Made by a program: the position numbers and the translations under genes. This document shows positions 13,901 to 28,900 of a stretch of DNA of 64,000 bases, piece by piece. Origin of the DNA: Glycera tridactyla. Taxonomy: Eukaryota. The notes under the pieces are model-generated. The model was not told the origin of the DNA, did no database searches, and was given only the letters and a program-made list of their open reading frames with translations. Every line of letters begins with the position of its first letter. Within the stretch, counting starts at the first letter, position 1. The stretch spans positions 32,860,001-32,924,000 of the forward strand of contig OZ286462.1 in NCBI GenBank assembly GCA_965644265.1, read 5' to 3'.

Positions 13901-16900
13901 TGGTATCAGAGTGTCATGCCATACTCATTCTATTACATGGTGAGAGGGTGTTGATATTCTTCTTTACCATTATTGTGCAGTGTCAGGTGTCACTGAGGCA
14001 ACTGTCGATGATTTGACCACAAAAGAAGTCAGCGAAGGTGAGTTTGGGCTGATTGGCTTGGCATATCTCCACTCATACCATCACCAACAGAATATGCTAT
14101 TTATTTGCACTTTCCTGTCAGAAGACCTTGGGCGCACTGGCTTAGTCATAGAAATTGGGAGAAAGTGGACCACCTCCAATGTTTCGAAGCAACATCTGCT
14201 TGGATTCAAAAATTACATTTTGGATCCAGCTGTAACTGTTCACATACAGCTGACGGAAAGCGTGTTGGAGATTCACCTTTTCGACCTGGGCTGCATATGG
14301 ACAGTCTTATCCAGTATGCCAACATAATACATGCATGAAGAGAACCTGAAATGGACACATCCCATGCTCAGTGTGGATAAAGCAAATTCATTGCTGATCG
14401 AGAACCTCAGCTAAGTAGTTCCACAGCCAATTAACAATATCGTAAATATAGTGACTCAATAGAGGGATGGTATGTTGATATTTTTGTTTACCATTATTGT
14501 GCAGTGTCAGGTGTAACTGAGGCAACAGTTGATGATTCGACCTCGAAAGGATTTAGTGAAGGTGAGTTTGGGCTGATTGGCTTGGTCTCTCTCCACCCTG
14601 CCATCATGAATAAGATATAACATTCAGTTGCACTGTTCAATGAGAAAGTCTGGAGAGCACTAGCTTAGCTAAAAAGATGGGGAAGTCAGACCACCTCTGA
14701 TATTTCGAAGAAACATTCGCTTGTCCTCAAAAATTGGATGTTGGATCTGTCTGTAAGTGTTCATATGCAGCTGAAAGTAAAGGGTGGAGATGTACCAGTT
14801 TGACTTGAGCTGCATATGAACAGCCCTGTCTGTAAGTGTTCATATGCAGCTGAAAGTAAAGGGTGGAGATGTACCAGTTTGACTTGAGCTGCATATGAAC
14901 AGTCCTGCCGAGCACACCAATACTATTCATGCATCATAAGAACCTGATTTAGGTACATCCTATGCTCAGTGTGGGCGAATCTATTTCATTGCTATTTGAT
15001 AACACACGTTAGATAGATACAAACCAATGAACAATTCTGAATCTTTCGATAAAGTAGGGTAAAAATGGTCGCAGACATGGTTTTGGTATCATGACGTGTC
15101 ATTACCATTCTTGCACAAGTTTTTCACATGCTTTAGTGGTGCATGATTCATTATCATCATCATCAGATGTGCATCACTGATAATTGTCTCCTAATCTTTA
15201 AGGTTCTTGTCCAAATCACTTTGACACATCATCCTTTTGACATATCATCTACAGGAAATTGATGCTTCACATACCATGCCTACTAATTCAATATTGGTGC
15301 ACTATTAGCGTTTTTAGCGCACTATCATTATATTCACATCAGACAAATAGAAAAGAAATCCCTGAACTTATCTGCAACCAATTCAGATTTTATTAGAACA
15401 CTCCTCACATTCCAACAAAGGCATTGAGGAGTTTGCTGATTACTATCAGTGTAACTGCAATTAGTGAAGGCATCAGTCACATCGGCTTACCAGGCACTTG
15501 GTTACATGGTAGTGAGAAACAGGATCATGTGTGATAGGCTCGATGCATACCTATATCAAGATGCAAAAAGCATGACATGATATGGTATCAGAGTGCCATG
15601 CCATACTCATACTATTACATGGTGAGAGGGTGTTGATATTCTTCTTTACCATTATTGTGCAGTGTCAGGTGTCACTGAGGCAACTGTCGATGATTTGACC
15701 ACAAAAGAAGTCAGCGAAGGTGAGTTTGGGCTGATTGGCTTGGCATATCTCCACTCATACCATCACCAACAGAATATGCTATTTATTTGCACTTTCCTGT
15801 CAGAAGACCTTGGCGCACTGGCTTAGTCATAGGAATTGGTAGAAAGTTGACCACCTCCAATGTTTCGAAGCAACATCTGCTTGGATTCAAAAATTACATT
15901 TTGGATCCAACTGTAACTGTTCACATACAGCTGACGGAAAAGAGTGTTGGAGATTCACCTTTTCGACCTGGCCTGCATATGGACAGTCTTATCCAGTATG
16001 CCAACATGATACATGCATGGAGAGGACCTGAAATGGACACATCCCATGTTCAGTGTGGATAAAGCAAATTCATTGCTGATCGAGAACCACAGCTAAGTAA
16101 TTCCACAGCCAATCAACAATATCGTAAATATAGTGACTCAATAGAGGGATGGTATGTTGATATTTGTGTTTACCATTATTGTGCAGTGTCAGGTGTAACT
16201 GAGGCAACAGTTGATGATTCGACCTCGAAAGGATTTAGTGAAGGTGAGTTTGGGCTGATTGGCTTGGTCTCTCTCCACCCTACCATCATGAATAAGATAT
16301 AACATTCAGTTGCACTGTTCAGTGAGAAAGTCTGGAGAGCACTAGCTTAGCTAAAAAGATGGGGAAGTCAGTCAGACCACCTCTGATATTTTGAGGCAAC
16401 GTTCGCTTGTCCTCAAAAGTTGGATGTTGGATCTGTCTGTAAGTGTTCATATGCAGCTGAAATTAAAGGGTGGAGATGTACCAGTTTGACTTGAGCTGCA
16501 TATGAACAGTCCTGTCTGTAAGTGTTCATATGCAGCTGGAAGTAAAGGGTGGAGATGTACCAGTTTGACTTGAGCTGCATATGAACAGTCCTGCCGAGCA
16601 CACCAATACTATTCATGCATCAGAAGAACCTGATTTAGGTACATCCTATGCTCAGTGTGGGCGAATCTATTTCATTGCTATTTGATAACACACGTTAGAT
16701 AGATACAAACCAATGAACAATTCTGAATCTTTCGATGAAGTAGGGTAAAAATGGTCGCAGACATGGTTTTGGTATCATGACGTGTCATTACCATTCTTGC
16801 ACAAGTTTTTCACATGCTTTAGTGGTGCATGATTCATTATCATCATCATCAGATGTGCATCACTGATAATTGTCTCCTAATCTTTAAGGTTCTTGTCCAA

Positions 16901-19900
16901 ATCACTTTGACACATCATCCTTTTGACATATCATCTACAGGAAATTGATGCTTCACATACCATGCCTACTAATTCAATATTAGTGCAATATCAGCGTTTT
17001 TAGCGCACTATCATTATATTCACATCAGACAAATAGAAAAGAAATCCCTGAACTTATCTGCAACCAATTCAGATTTTATTAGAACACTCCTCACATTTCA
17101 ACAAAGGCAAAGAGGAGTTTGCTGATTATTATCTGTGTAACTGCAATTAGTGAAGGCATCAGTCACATTGGCTTACCAGGCACTTGGTTACATGGTAGTG
17201 AGAAACAGGATCATGTGTGATAGGCTCGATGCATACCTATATCAAGATGCAAAAAGCGTGACATGATATGGTATCAGAGTGTCATGCCATACTCATTCTA
17301 TTACATGGTGAGAGGGTGTTGATATTCTTCTTTACCATTATTGTGCAGTGTCAGGTGTCACTGAGGCAACTGTCGATGATTTGACCACAAAAGAAGTCAG
17401 CGAAGGTGAGTTTGGGCTGATTGGCTTGGCATATCTCCACTCATACCATCACCAACAGAATATGCTATTTATTTGCACTTTCCTGTCAGAAGACCTTGGG
17501 CGCACTGGCTTAGTCATAGGAATTGGGAAAAAGTGGACCACCTCCAATGTTTCGAAGCAACATCTGCTTGGATTCAAAAATTACATTTTGGATCCAGCTG
17601 TAACTGTTCACATACAGCTGACGGAAAAGAGTAATGGAGATTCACCTTTTCGACCTGGGCTGCATATGAACAGTCTTATCCAGTATGCCAACATGACACA
17701 TCCCATGTTCAGTGTGGATAAAGCAAATTCATTGCTGATCAAGAACCACAGCTAAGTAATTCCACAGCCAATCAACAATATCGTAAATATAGTGACTCAA
17801 TAGAGGGATGGTATGTTGATATTTGTGTTTACCATTATTGTGCAGTGTCAGGTGTAACTGAGGCAACAGTCGATGATTCGACCTCGAAAGGATTTAGTGA
17901 AGGTGAGTTTGGGCTGATTGGCTTGGTCTCTCTCCACCCTGCCATCATGAATAAGATATAACATTCAGTTGCACTGTTCAGTGAGAAAGTCTGGAGAGCA
18001 CTAGCTTAGCTAAAAAGATGGTGAAGTCAGTCAGACCACCTCTGATATTTTAAGGCAACGTTCGCTTGTCCTCAAAAATTGGATGTTGGATCTGTCTGTA
18101 AGTGTTCATATGCAGCTGAAAGTAAAGGGTGGAGATGTACCAGTTTGACTTGAGCTGCATATGAACAGTCCTACCGAGCACACCAATACTATACATGCAT
18201 CAGAAGAACCTGATTAAGGTACATCCCATACTCAGTGTGGGCGAATCTATTTAATTGCTATTTGATAACACACGTTAGATATATACAAACCAATGAATGA
18301 TTCTGAATCTTTTGATCAAGTAGGGAAAAAATGGTCGCAGACATGGTTTTGGTATCATGACGTGTCATTACCATTCTTGCACAAGTTTTTCACATGCTTT
18401 AGTGGTGCATGATTCATTATCATCATCATCAGATGTGCGTCACTGATAATTGTCTCCTAATCTTAAAGGTTCTTGTCCAAATCACTTTGACACATCATCC
18501 TTTTGACATATCATCTACAGGAAATTGATGCTTCACAAACCATGCCTTCTAATTCAATATTAGTGCACTATTAGCGTTTTTAGCGCACTATCATTATATT
18601 CACATCAGACAAATAGAAAAGAAATCCCTGAACTTATCTGCAACCAATTCAGATTTTATTAGAACACTCCTCACATTCCAACAAAGGCATTGAGGAGTTT
18701 GCTGATTACTATCTGTGTAACTGCAATTAGTGAAGGCATCAGTCACATCGGCTTACCAGGCACTTGGTTACATGGTAGTGAGAAACAGGATCATGTGTGA
18801 TAGGCTCGATGCATACCTATATCAAGATGCAGAAAGCGTGACATGATATGGTATCAGAGTGTCATGCCATACTCATACTATTACATGGTGAGAGGGTGTT
18901 GATATTCTTCTTTACCATTATTGTGCAGTGTCAGGTGTCACTGAGGCAACTGTCGATGATTTGACCACAAAAGAAGTCAGCGAAGGTGAGTTTGGGCTGA
19001 TTGGCTTGGCATATCTCCACTCATACCATCACCAACAGAATATGCTATTTATTTGCACTTTCCTGTCAGAAGACCTTGGGCGCACTGGCTTAGTCATAGG
19101 AATTGGGAAAAAGTGGACCACCTCCAATGTCTCGAAGCAACATCTGCTTGGATTCAAAAATTACATTTTGGATCCAACTGTAACTGTTCACATACAGCTG
19201 ACGGAAAAGAGTGTTGGAGATTCACCTTTTCGACCTGGCAAGCATATGGACAGTCTTATCCAGTATGCCAACATGATACATGCATGAAGAGAACCTGAAA
19301 TGGACACATCCCATGCTCAGTGTGGATAAAGCAAATTCATTGCTGATCGAGAACCACAGCTAAGTAATTCCACAGCCAATCAACAATATCGTAAATATAG
19401 TGACTCAATAGAGGGATGGTATGTTGATATTTGTGTTTACCATTATTGTGCAGTGTCAGGTGTAACTGAGGCAACAGTTGATGATTCGACCTCGAAAGGA
19501 TTTAGTGAAGGTGAGTTTGGGCTGATTGGCTTGGTCTCTCTCCACCCTGCCATCATGAATAAGATATAACATTCAGTTGCACTGTTCAGTGAGAAAGTCT
19601 GGAGAGCACTAGCTTAGCTAAAAAGATGGGGAAGTCAGTCAGACCACCTCTGATATTTTGAGGCAACGTTCGCTTGTCCTCAAAAATTGGATGTTGGATC
19701 TGTCTGTAAGTGTTCATATGCAGCTGAAAGTAAAGGGTGGAGATGTACCAGTTTGACTTGAGCTGCATATGAACAGTCCTGTCTGTAAGTGTTTATATGC
19801 AGCTGGAAGTAAAGGGTGGAGATGTACCAGTTTGACTTGAGCTGCATATGAACAGTCCTGCCGAGCACACCAATACTATTCATGCATCAGAAGAACCTGA

Positions 19901-22900
19901 TTTAGGTACATCCTATGCTCAGTGTGGGCGAATCTATTTCATTGCTATTTGATAACACACGTTAGATAGATACAAACCAATGAACAATTCTGAATCTTTC
20001 GATAAAGTAGGGTAAAAATGGTCGCAGACATGGTTTTGGTATCATGACGTGTCATTACCATTCTTGCACAAGTTTTTCACATGCTTTAGTGGTGCATGAT
20101 TCATTATCATCATCATCAGATGTGCATCACTGATAATTGTCTCCTAATCTTTAAGGTTCTTGTCCAAATCACTTTGACACATCATCCTTTTGACATATCA
20201 TCTACAGGAAATTGATGCTTCACATACCATGCCTACTAATTCAATATTAGTGCACTATCAGCGTTTTTAGCGCACTATCATTATATTCACATCAGACAAA
20301 TAGAAAAGAAATCCCTGAACTTATCTGCAACCAATTCAGATTTTATTAGAACACTCCTCACATTTCAACAAAGGCAAAGAGGAGTTTGCTGATTATTATC
20401 TGTGTAACTGCAATTAGTGAAGGCATCAGTCACATTGGCTTACCAGGCACTTGGTTACATGGTAGTGAGAAACAGGATCATGTGTGATAGGCTCGATGCA
20501 TACCTATATCAAGATGCAAAAAGCGTGACATGATATGGTATCAGAGTGTCATGCCATACTCATTCTATTACATGGTGAGAGGGTGTTGATATTCTTCTTT
20601 ACCATTATTGTGCAGTGTCAGGTGTCACTGAGGCAACTGTCGATGATTTGACCACAAAAGAAGTCAGCGAAGGTGAGTTTGGGCTGATTGGCTTGGCATA
20701 TCTCCACTCATACCATCACCAACAGAATATGCTATTTATTTGCACTTTCCTGTCAGAAGACCTTGGGCGCACTGGCTTAGTCATAGAAATTGGGAGAAAG
20801 TGGACCACCTCCAATGTTTCGAAGCAACATCTGCTTGGATTCAAAAATTACATTTTGGATCCAGCTGTAACTGTTCACATACAGCTGACGGAAAGCGTGT
20901 TGGAGATTCACCTTTTCGACCTGGGCTGCATATGGACAGTCTTATCCAGTATGCCAACATAATACATGCATGAAGAGAACCTGAAATGGACACATCCCAT
21001 GCTCAGTGTGGATAAAGCAAATTCATTGCTGATCGAGAACCTCAGCTAAGTAGTTCCACAGCCAATTAACAATATCGTAAATATAGTGACTCAATAGAGG
21101 GATGGTATGTTGATATTTTTGTTTACCATTATTGTGCAGTGTCAGGTGTAACTGAGGCAACAGTTGATGATTCGACCTCGAAAGGATTTAGTGAAGGTGA
21201 GTTTGGGCTGATTGGCTTGGTCTCTCTCCACCCTGCCATCATGAATAAGATATAACATTCAGTTGCACTGTTCAATGAGAAAGTCTGGAGAGCACTAGCT
21301 TAGCTAAAAAGATGGGGAAGTCAGACCACCTCTGATATTTCGAAGAAACATTCGCTTGTCCTCAAAAATTGGATGTTGGATCTGTCTGTAAGTGTTCATA
21401 TGCAGCTGAAAGTAAAGGGTGGAGATGTACCAGTTTGACTTGAGCTGCATATGAACAGTCCTGTCTGTAAGTGTTCATATGCAGCTGGAAGTAAAGGGTG
21501 GAGATGTACCAGTTTGACTTGAGCTGCATATGAACAGTCCTGCCGAGCACACCAATACTATTCATGCATCAGAAGAACCTGATTTAGGTACATCCTATGC
21601 TCAGTGTGGGCGAATCTATTTCATTGCTATTTGATAACACACGTTAGATAGATACAAACCAATGAATGATTCTGAATCTTTCAATCAAGTAGGAAAAAAA
21701 TGGTGCCAGACATGGTTTTGGTATCATGACGTGTCATTACCATTCTTGCACAAGTTTTTCACATGCTTTAGTGGTGCATGATTCATTATCATCATCATCA
21801 GATGTGCATCACTGATAATTGTCTCCTAATCTTTAGGGTTCTTGTCCAAATCAATTTGACGCATCATCTTTTTGACATATCATCTACAGGAGATTGATGC
21901 TTCACATACCATGCCTACTAATTCAATATTAGTGCACTATCAGCGTTTGTAGCGCACTACCATCATGTTCACATCAGATAAATAGAAGAGGAATCCCTGA
22001 ACTCATCTGCAACCAATTTAGATTTTATTAGAACACTCCTCACATTTCAACAAAGGCAGAGAGGAGTTTGCTGATTATGATCTGTGTGACTGCAATTAGT
22101 GAAGGCATCAGTCACATTGGCTTACCAGGCACTTGGTTACATGGTAGTGAGAAACAGGATCATGTGTGATAGGCTCGATGCATACCTATATCAAGATGCA
22201 AAAAGCGTGACATGATATGGTATCAGAGTGTCATGCCATACTCATATTATTACATTGTGAGAGGGTGTTGATATTCTTCTTTACCATTATTGTGCAGTGT
22301 CAGGTGTCACTGAGGCAACTGTCGATGATTTGACCACAAAAGAAGTCAGCGAAGGTGAGTTTTGGCTGATTGGCTTGGCATATCTCCACTCATACCATCA
22401 CCAACAGAATATGCTATTTATTTGCACTTTCCTGTCAGAAGACCTTGGGCGCACTGGCTTAGCCATAGGAATTGGGAGAAAGTGGACCACCTCCAATGTT
22501 TCGAAGCAACATCTGCTTGGATTCAAAAATTACATTTTGGATCCAGCTGTAACTGTTCACATACAGCTGACGGAAAAGAGTGTTGGAGATTCACCTTTTC
22601 GACCTGGGCTGCATATGAACAGTCTTATCCAGTATGCCAACATAATACATGCATGAAGAGAACCTGAAATGGACACATCCCATGCTAAGTGTGGATAAAG
22701 CAAATTCATTGCTGATCGAGAACCTCAGCTAAGTAGTTTCACAGCCAATTAACAATATCGTAAATATAGTGACTCAATAGAGGGATGGTATGTTGATATT
22801 TGTGTTTACCATTATTGTGCAGTGTCAGGTGTAACTGAGGCAACAGTTGATGATTCGACCTCGAAAGGATTTAGTGAAGGTGAGTTTGGGCTGATTGGCT

Positions 22901-25900
22901 TGGTCTCTCTCCACCCTGCCATCATGAATAAGATATAACATTCAGTTGCACTGTTCAGCGAGAAAGTCTGGAGAGCACTAGCTTAGCTAAAAAGATGGGG
23001 AAGTCAGACCACCTCCGATATTTCAAAGCAACATTCGCTTGTCCTCAAAAATTGGATGTTGGATCTGTCTGTAAGTGTTCATATGCAGCTGAAAGTAAAG
23101 GGTGGAGATGTAGCAGTTTGACTTGAGCTGCATATGAACAGTCCTGCCGAGCACGCCAATACTATACATGCATCAGAAGAACCTGATTAAGGTACATCCC
23201 ATGCTCAATGTGGGCGAATCTATTTCATTGCTATTTGATGACACCAGTTAGATAGATACAAACCAATGAATGATTCTGAATCTTTCGATCAAGTAGGGAA
23301 AAAATGGTCCCAGACATGGTTTTGGTATCATGACGTGTCATTACCATTCTTGCACAAGTTTTTCACATGCTTTAGTGGTGCATGATTCATCATCATCATC
23401 ATCAGATGTGCGTCACTCATAATTGTCTCCTAATCTCCAAGGTTCTTGTCCAAATCACTTCGACACATCATCTTTTTGACATAACATCTACAGGAGATTG
23501 ATGCTTCACATACCATGCCTACTAATTCAATATTAGTGCACTATCAGCGTTTGTAGCGCACTATCATCATATTCACATCAGATAAATAGAAGAGGAATCC
23601 CTGAACTCATCTGCAATCAATTTAGATTTTATTAGAACACTCCTCACATTTCAACAAAGGCAGTGATGAGTTTGCAGATTATTATCTGTAAAACTGCAAT
23701 TAGTGAAGGCATCAGTCACATCAGCTTACCAGGCACTTGGTTACATGGTAGTGAGAAACAGGATCATGTGTGATAGGCTCAATGCATGCCTATATCGAGA
23801 TCCAAAAAGCGTGACATGATATGGTATCAGAGTGTCATGCCATATTCATACTATCTATTACATGGTGAGAGGGTGTTGATATTCTTCTTTACCATTATTG
23901 TGCAGTGTCAGGTGTCACTGAGGCAACTGTCGATGATTTGACCACAAAAGAAGTCAGCGAAGGTGAGTTTGGGCTGATTGGCATGGCATATCTCCACTCA
24001 TACACCATCACCAACAGAATATGCTATTTATTTGCACTTTCCTGTCAGAAGACCTTGGGCGCACTGGCTTAGTCATAGGTATTGGGAGAAAGTGGATCAC
24101 CTCCAATGTTTCGAAGCAACATCTGCTTGGAATCAAAAATTACATTTTGGACCCAGCTGTAACTGTTCACATACAGCTGACGGAAAAGAGTGATGGAGAT
24201 TCACCTTTTCGACCTGGGCTGCATATGGACAGTCTTATCCAGTATGCCAACATGATACATGCATGGAGAGAACCTGAAATGGACACATCCACTGCCAAGT
24301 GTGGATAAAGCAAATTCATTGCTGATCGAGAACCTCAGCTAAGTAGTTTCACAGCCAATTAACAATATCGTAAATATAGTGACTCAATAGAGGGATGGTA
24401 TGTTGATATTTGTGTTTACCATTATTGTGCAGTGTCAGGTGTAACTGAGGCAACAGTTGATGATTCGACCTCGGAAGGATTTAGTGAAGGTGAGTTTGGG
24501 CTGATTGGCTTGGTCTCTCTCCACCCTGCCATCATGAATAAGATATAACATTCAGTTGCACTGTTCAGTGAGAAAGTCTGGAGAGCACTAGCTTAGCTAA
24601 AAAGATGGGGAAGTCAGACCACCTCTGATATTTTGAAGCAACATTCGCTTGTCCTCAAAAATTGGATGTTGGATCTGTCTGTAAGTGTTCATATGCAGCT
24701 GAAAGTAAAGGGTGGAGATGTAGCAGTTTGACTTGAGCTGCATATGAACAGTCCTGCCGAGCACGCCAATACTATACATGCATCAGAAGAACCTGATTAA
24801 GGTACATCCCATGCTCAATGTGGGCGAATCTATTTCATTGCTATTTGATAACACCAGTTAGATAGATACAAACCAATGAACAATTCTGAATCTTTCGATC
24901 AAGTAGGGAAAAAATGGTCCCAGACATGGTTTTGGTATCATGATGTGTCATTACCATTCTTGCACAAGTTTTTCACATGCTTTAGTGGTGCATGATTCAT
25001 TATCATCATCATCAGATGTGCGTCACTGATAATTGTCTCTTAATCTCTAAGGTTCTTGTCCAAATCACTTTGACACATCATCTTTTTGACATAACATCTA
25101 CAGGAGATTGATGCTTCACATACCATGCCTACTAATTCAATATTAGTGCACTATCAGCGTTTGTAGCGCACTATCATCATATTCACATCAGATAAATAGA
25201 AGAGGAATCGCTGAACTGATCTGCAACCAATTTAGATTTTATTAGAACACTCCTCACATTTCAACAAAGGCAGTGATGAGTTTGCAGATTATTATCTGTA
25301 AAACTGCAATTAGTGAAGGCATCAGTCACATCAGCTTACCAGGCACTCGGTTACATGGTAGTGAGAAACAGGATCATGTGTGATAGGCTCGATGCATGCC
25401 TATAGCGAGATCCAAAAAGCGTGACATGATATGGTATCAGAGTGTCATGCCATATTCATACTATCTATTACATGGTGAGAGGGTGTTGATATTCTTCTTT
25501 ACCATTATTGTGCAGTGTCAGGTGTCACTGAGGCAACTGACGATGATTTGACCACAAAAGAAGTCAGCGAAGGTGAGTTTTGGCTGATTGGCTTGGCATA
25601 TCTCCACTCATACACCATCACCAACCGAATATGCTATTTATTTGCACTTTCCTGTCAGAAGACCTTGGGCGCACTGGCTTAGCCATAGGAATTGGGAGAA
25701 AGTGGACCACCTCCAATGTTTCGAAGCAACATTTGCTTGGATTCAAAAATTACATTTTGGATCCAGCTGTAACTGTTCACATACAGCTGACGGAAAAGAG
25801 TGATGGAGATTCACCTTTTCGACCTGGGCTGCATATGGACAGTCTTATCCAGTATGCCAACATGATACATGCATGAAGAGAACCTGAAATAGACACATCC

Positions 25901-28900
25901 CATGCTAAGTGTGGATAAAGCAAATTCATTGCTGATCGAGAACCTCAGCTAAGTAGTTTCACAGCCAATTAACAATATCGTAAATATAGTGACTCAATAG
26001 AGGGATGGTATGTTGATATTTGTGTTTACCATTATTGTGCAGTGTCAGGTGTAACTGAGGCAACAGTTGATGATTCGACCTCGAAAGGATTTAGTGAAGG
26101 TGAGTTTGGGCTGATTGGCTTGGTCTCTCTCCACCCTGCCATCATGAATAAGATATAACATTCAGTTGCACTGTTCAGTGAGAAAGTCTGGAGAGCACTA
26201 GCTTAGCTGAAAAGATGGGGAAGTCAGACCACCTCTGATATTTTGAAGAAACATTCGCTTGTCCTCAAAAATTGGATGTTGGATCTGTCTGTAAGTGTTC
26301 ATATGCAGCTGAAAGTAAAGGGTGGAGATGTAGCAGTTTGACTTGAGCTGCATATGAACAGTCCTGCCGAGCACGCCAATACTATACATGCATCAGAAGA
26401 ACCTGATTAAGGTACATCCCATGCTCAATGTGGGCGAATCTATTTCATTGCTATTTGATAACACCAGTTAGATAGATACAAACCAATGAACAATTCTGAA
26501 TCTTTCGATCAAGTAGGGAAAAAATGGTCCCAGACATGGTTTTGGTATCATGACGTGTCATTACCATTCTTGCACAAGTTTTTCACATGCTTTAGTGGTG
26601 CATGATTCATTATCATCATCATCAGATGTGCGTCACTGATAATTGTCTCCTAATCTCTAAGGTTCTTGTCCAAATCACTTCGACACATCATCTTTTTGAC
26701 ATAACATCTACAGGAGATTGATGCTTCACATACCATGCCTACTAATTCAATATTAGTGCACTATCAGCGTTTGTAGCGCACTATCATCATATTCACATCA
26801 GATAAATAGAAGAGGAATCGCTGAACTGATCTGCAACCAATTTAGATTTTATTAGAACACTCCTCACATTTCAACAGAGGCAGTGATGAGTTTGCAGATT
26901 ATTATCTGTAAAACTGCAATTAGTGAAGGCATCAGTCACATCAGCTTACCAGGCACTCGGTTACATGGTAGTGAGAAACAGGATCATGTGTGATAGGCTC
27001 GATGCATGCCTATAGCGAGATCCAAAAAGCGTGACATGATATGGTATCAGAGTGTCATGCCATATTCATACTATCTATTACATGGTGAGAGGGTGTTGAT
27101 ATTCTTCTTTACCATTATTGTGCAGTGTCAGGTGTCACTGAGGCAACTGTCGATGATTTGACCACAGTAGAAGTCAGCGAAGGTGAGTTTTGGCTGATTG
27201 GCTTGGCATATCTCCACTCATACCATCACCAACAGAATATGCTATTTATTTGCACTTTCCTGTCAGAAGACCTAGGGCGCACTGGCTTAGTCATAGGAAT
27301 TGGGAGAAAGTGGACCACCTCCAATGTTTCGAAGCAACATCTGCTTGGATTCAAAAATTACATTTTGGATCCAGCTGTAACTGTTCACATACAGCTGACG
27401 GAAAAGAGTGATGGAGATTCACCTTTTCGACCTGGGCTGCATATGGACAGTCTTATCCAGTATGCCAACATGATACATGCATGGAGAGGACCTGAAATGG
27501 ACACATCCCATGCTAAGTGTGGATAAAGCAAATTCATTGCTGATCGAGAACCTCAGCTAAGTAGTTTCACAGCCAATCAACAATATCGTAAATATAGTGA
27601 CTCAATGGAGGGATGGTATGTTGATATTTGTGTTTACCATTATTGTGCAGTGTCAGGTGTAACTGAGGCAACAGTTGATGATTCGACCTCGAAAGGATTT
27701 AGTGAAGGTGAGTTTGGGCTGATTGGCTTGGTCTCTCTCCACCCTGCCATCATAATTAAGATATAACATTCAGTTGCACTGTTCAGTGAGAAAGTCTGGA
27801 GAGCACTAGCTTAGCTAAAAAGATGGGGAAGTCAGACCACCTCTGATATTTTGAAGCAACATTCGCTTGTCCTCAAAAATTGGATGTTGGATCTGTCTGT
27901 ATGTGTTCATATGCAGCTGAAAGTAAAGGGTGGAGATGTAGCAGTTTGACTTGAGCTGCATATGAACAGTCCTGCCGAGCACGCCAATACTATACATGCA
28001 TCAGAAGAACCTGATTAAGGTACATCCCATGCTCAATATGGGCGAATCTATTCCATTGCTATTTGATAACACCAGTTAGATAGATACAAACCGATGAATG
28101 ATTATGAATCTTTCGATCAAGTAGGGAAAAAATGGTCCCAGACATGGTTTTGGTATCATGACGTGTCATTACCATTCTTGCACAAGTTTTTCACATGCTT
28201 TAGTGGTGCATGATTCATTATCATCATCATCAGATGTGCGTCACTGATAATTGTCTCCTAATCTTTAGGGTTCTTGTCCAAATCAATTTGACGCATCATC
28301 TTTTTGACATATCATCTACAGGAGATTGATGCTTCACATACCATGCCTACTAATTCAATATTAGTGCACTATCAGCGTTTGTAGCGCACTATCATCATAT
28401 TCACATCAGATAAATAGAAGAGGAATCCCTGAACTCATCTGCAACCAATTTAGATTTTATTAGAACACTCCTCACATTTCAACAAAGGCAGTGATGAGTT
28501 TGTAGATTATTATCTGTAAAACTGCAATTAGTGAAGGCATCAGTCACATCAGCTTACCAGGCACTCGGTTACATGGTAGTGAGAAACAGGATCATGTGTG
28601 ATAGGCTCGATGCATGCCTATATCGAGATCCAAAAAGCGTGACATAATATGGTATCAGAGTGTCATGCCAAATTCATACTATCTATTACATTGTGAGAGG
28701 GTGTTGATATTCTTCTTTACCATTATTGTGCAGTGTCAGGTGTCACTGAGGCAACTGTCGATGATTTGACCACAAAAGAAGTCAGCGAAGGTGAGTTTTG
28801 GCTGATTGGCTTGGCATATCTCCACTCATACCATCACCAACAGAATATGCTATTTATTTGCACTTTCCTGTCAGAAGACCTTGGGCGCACTGGCTTAGTC

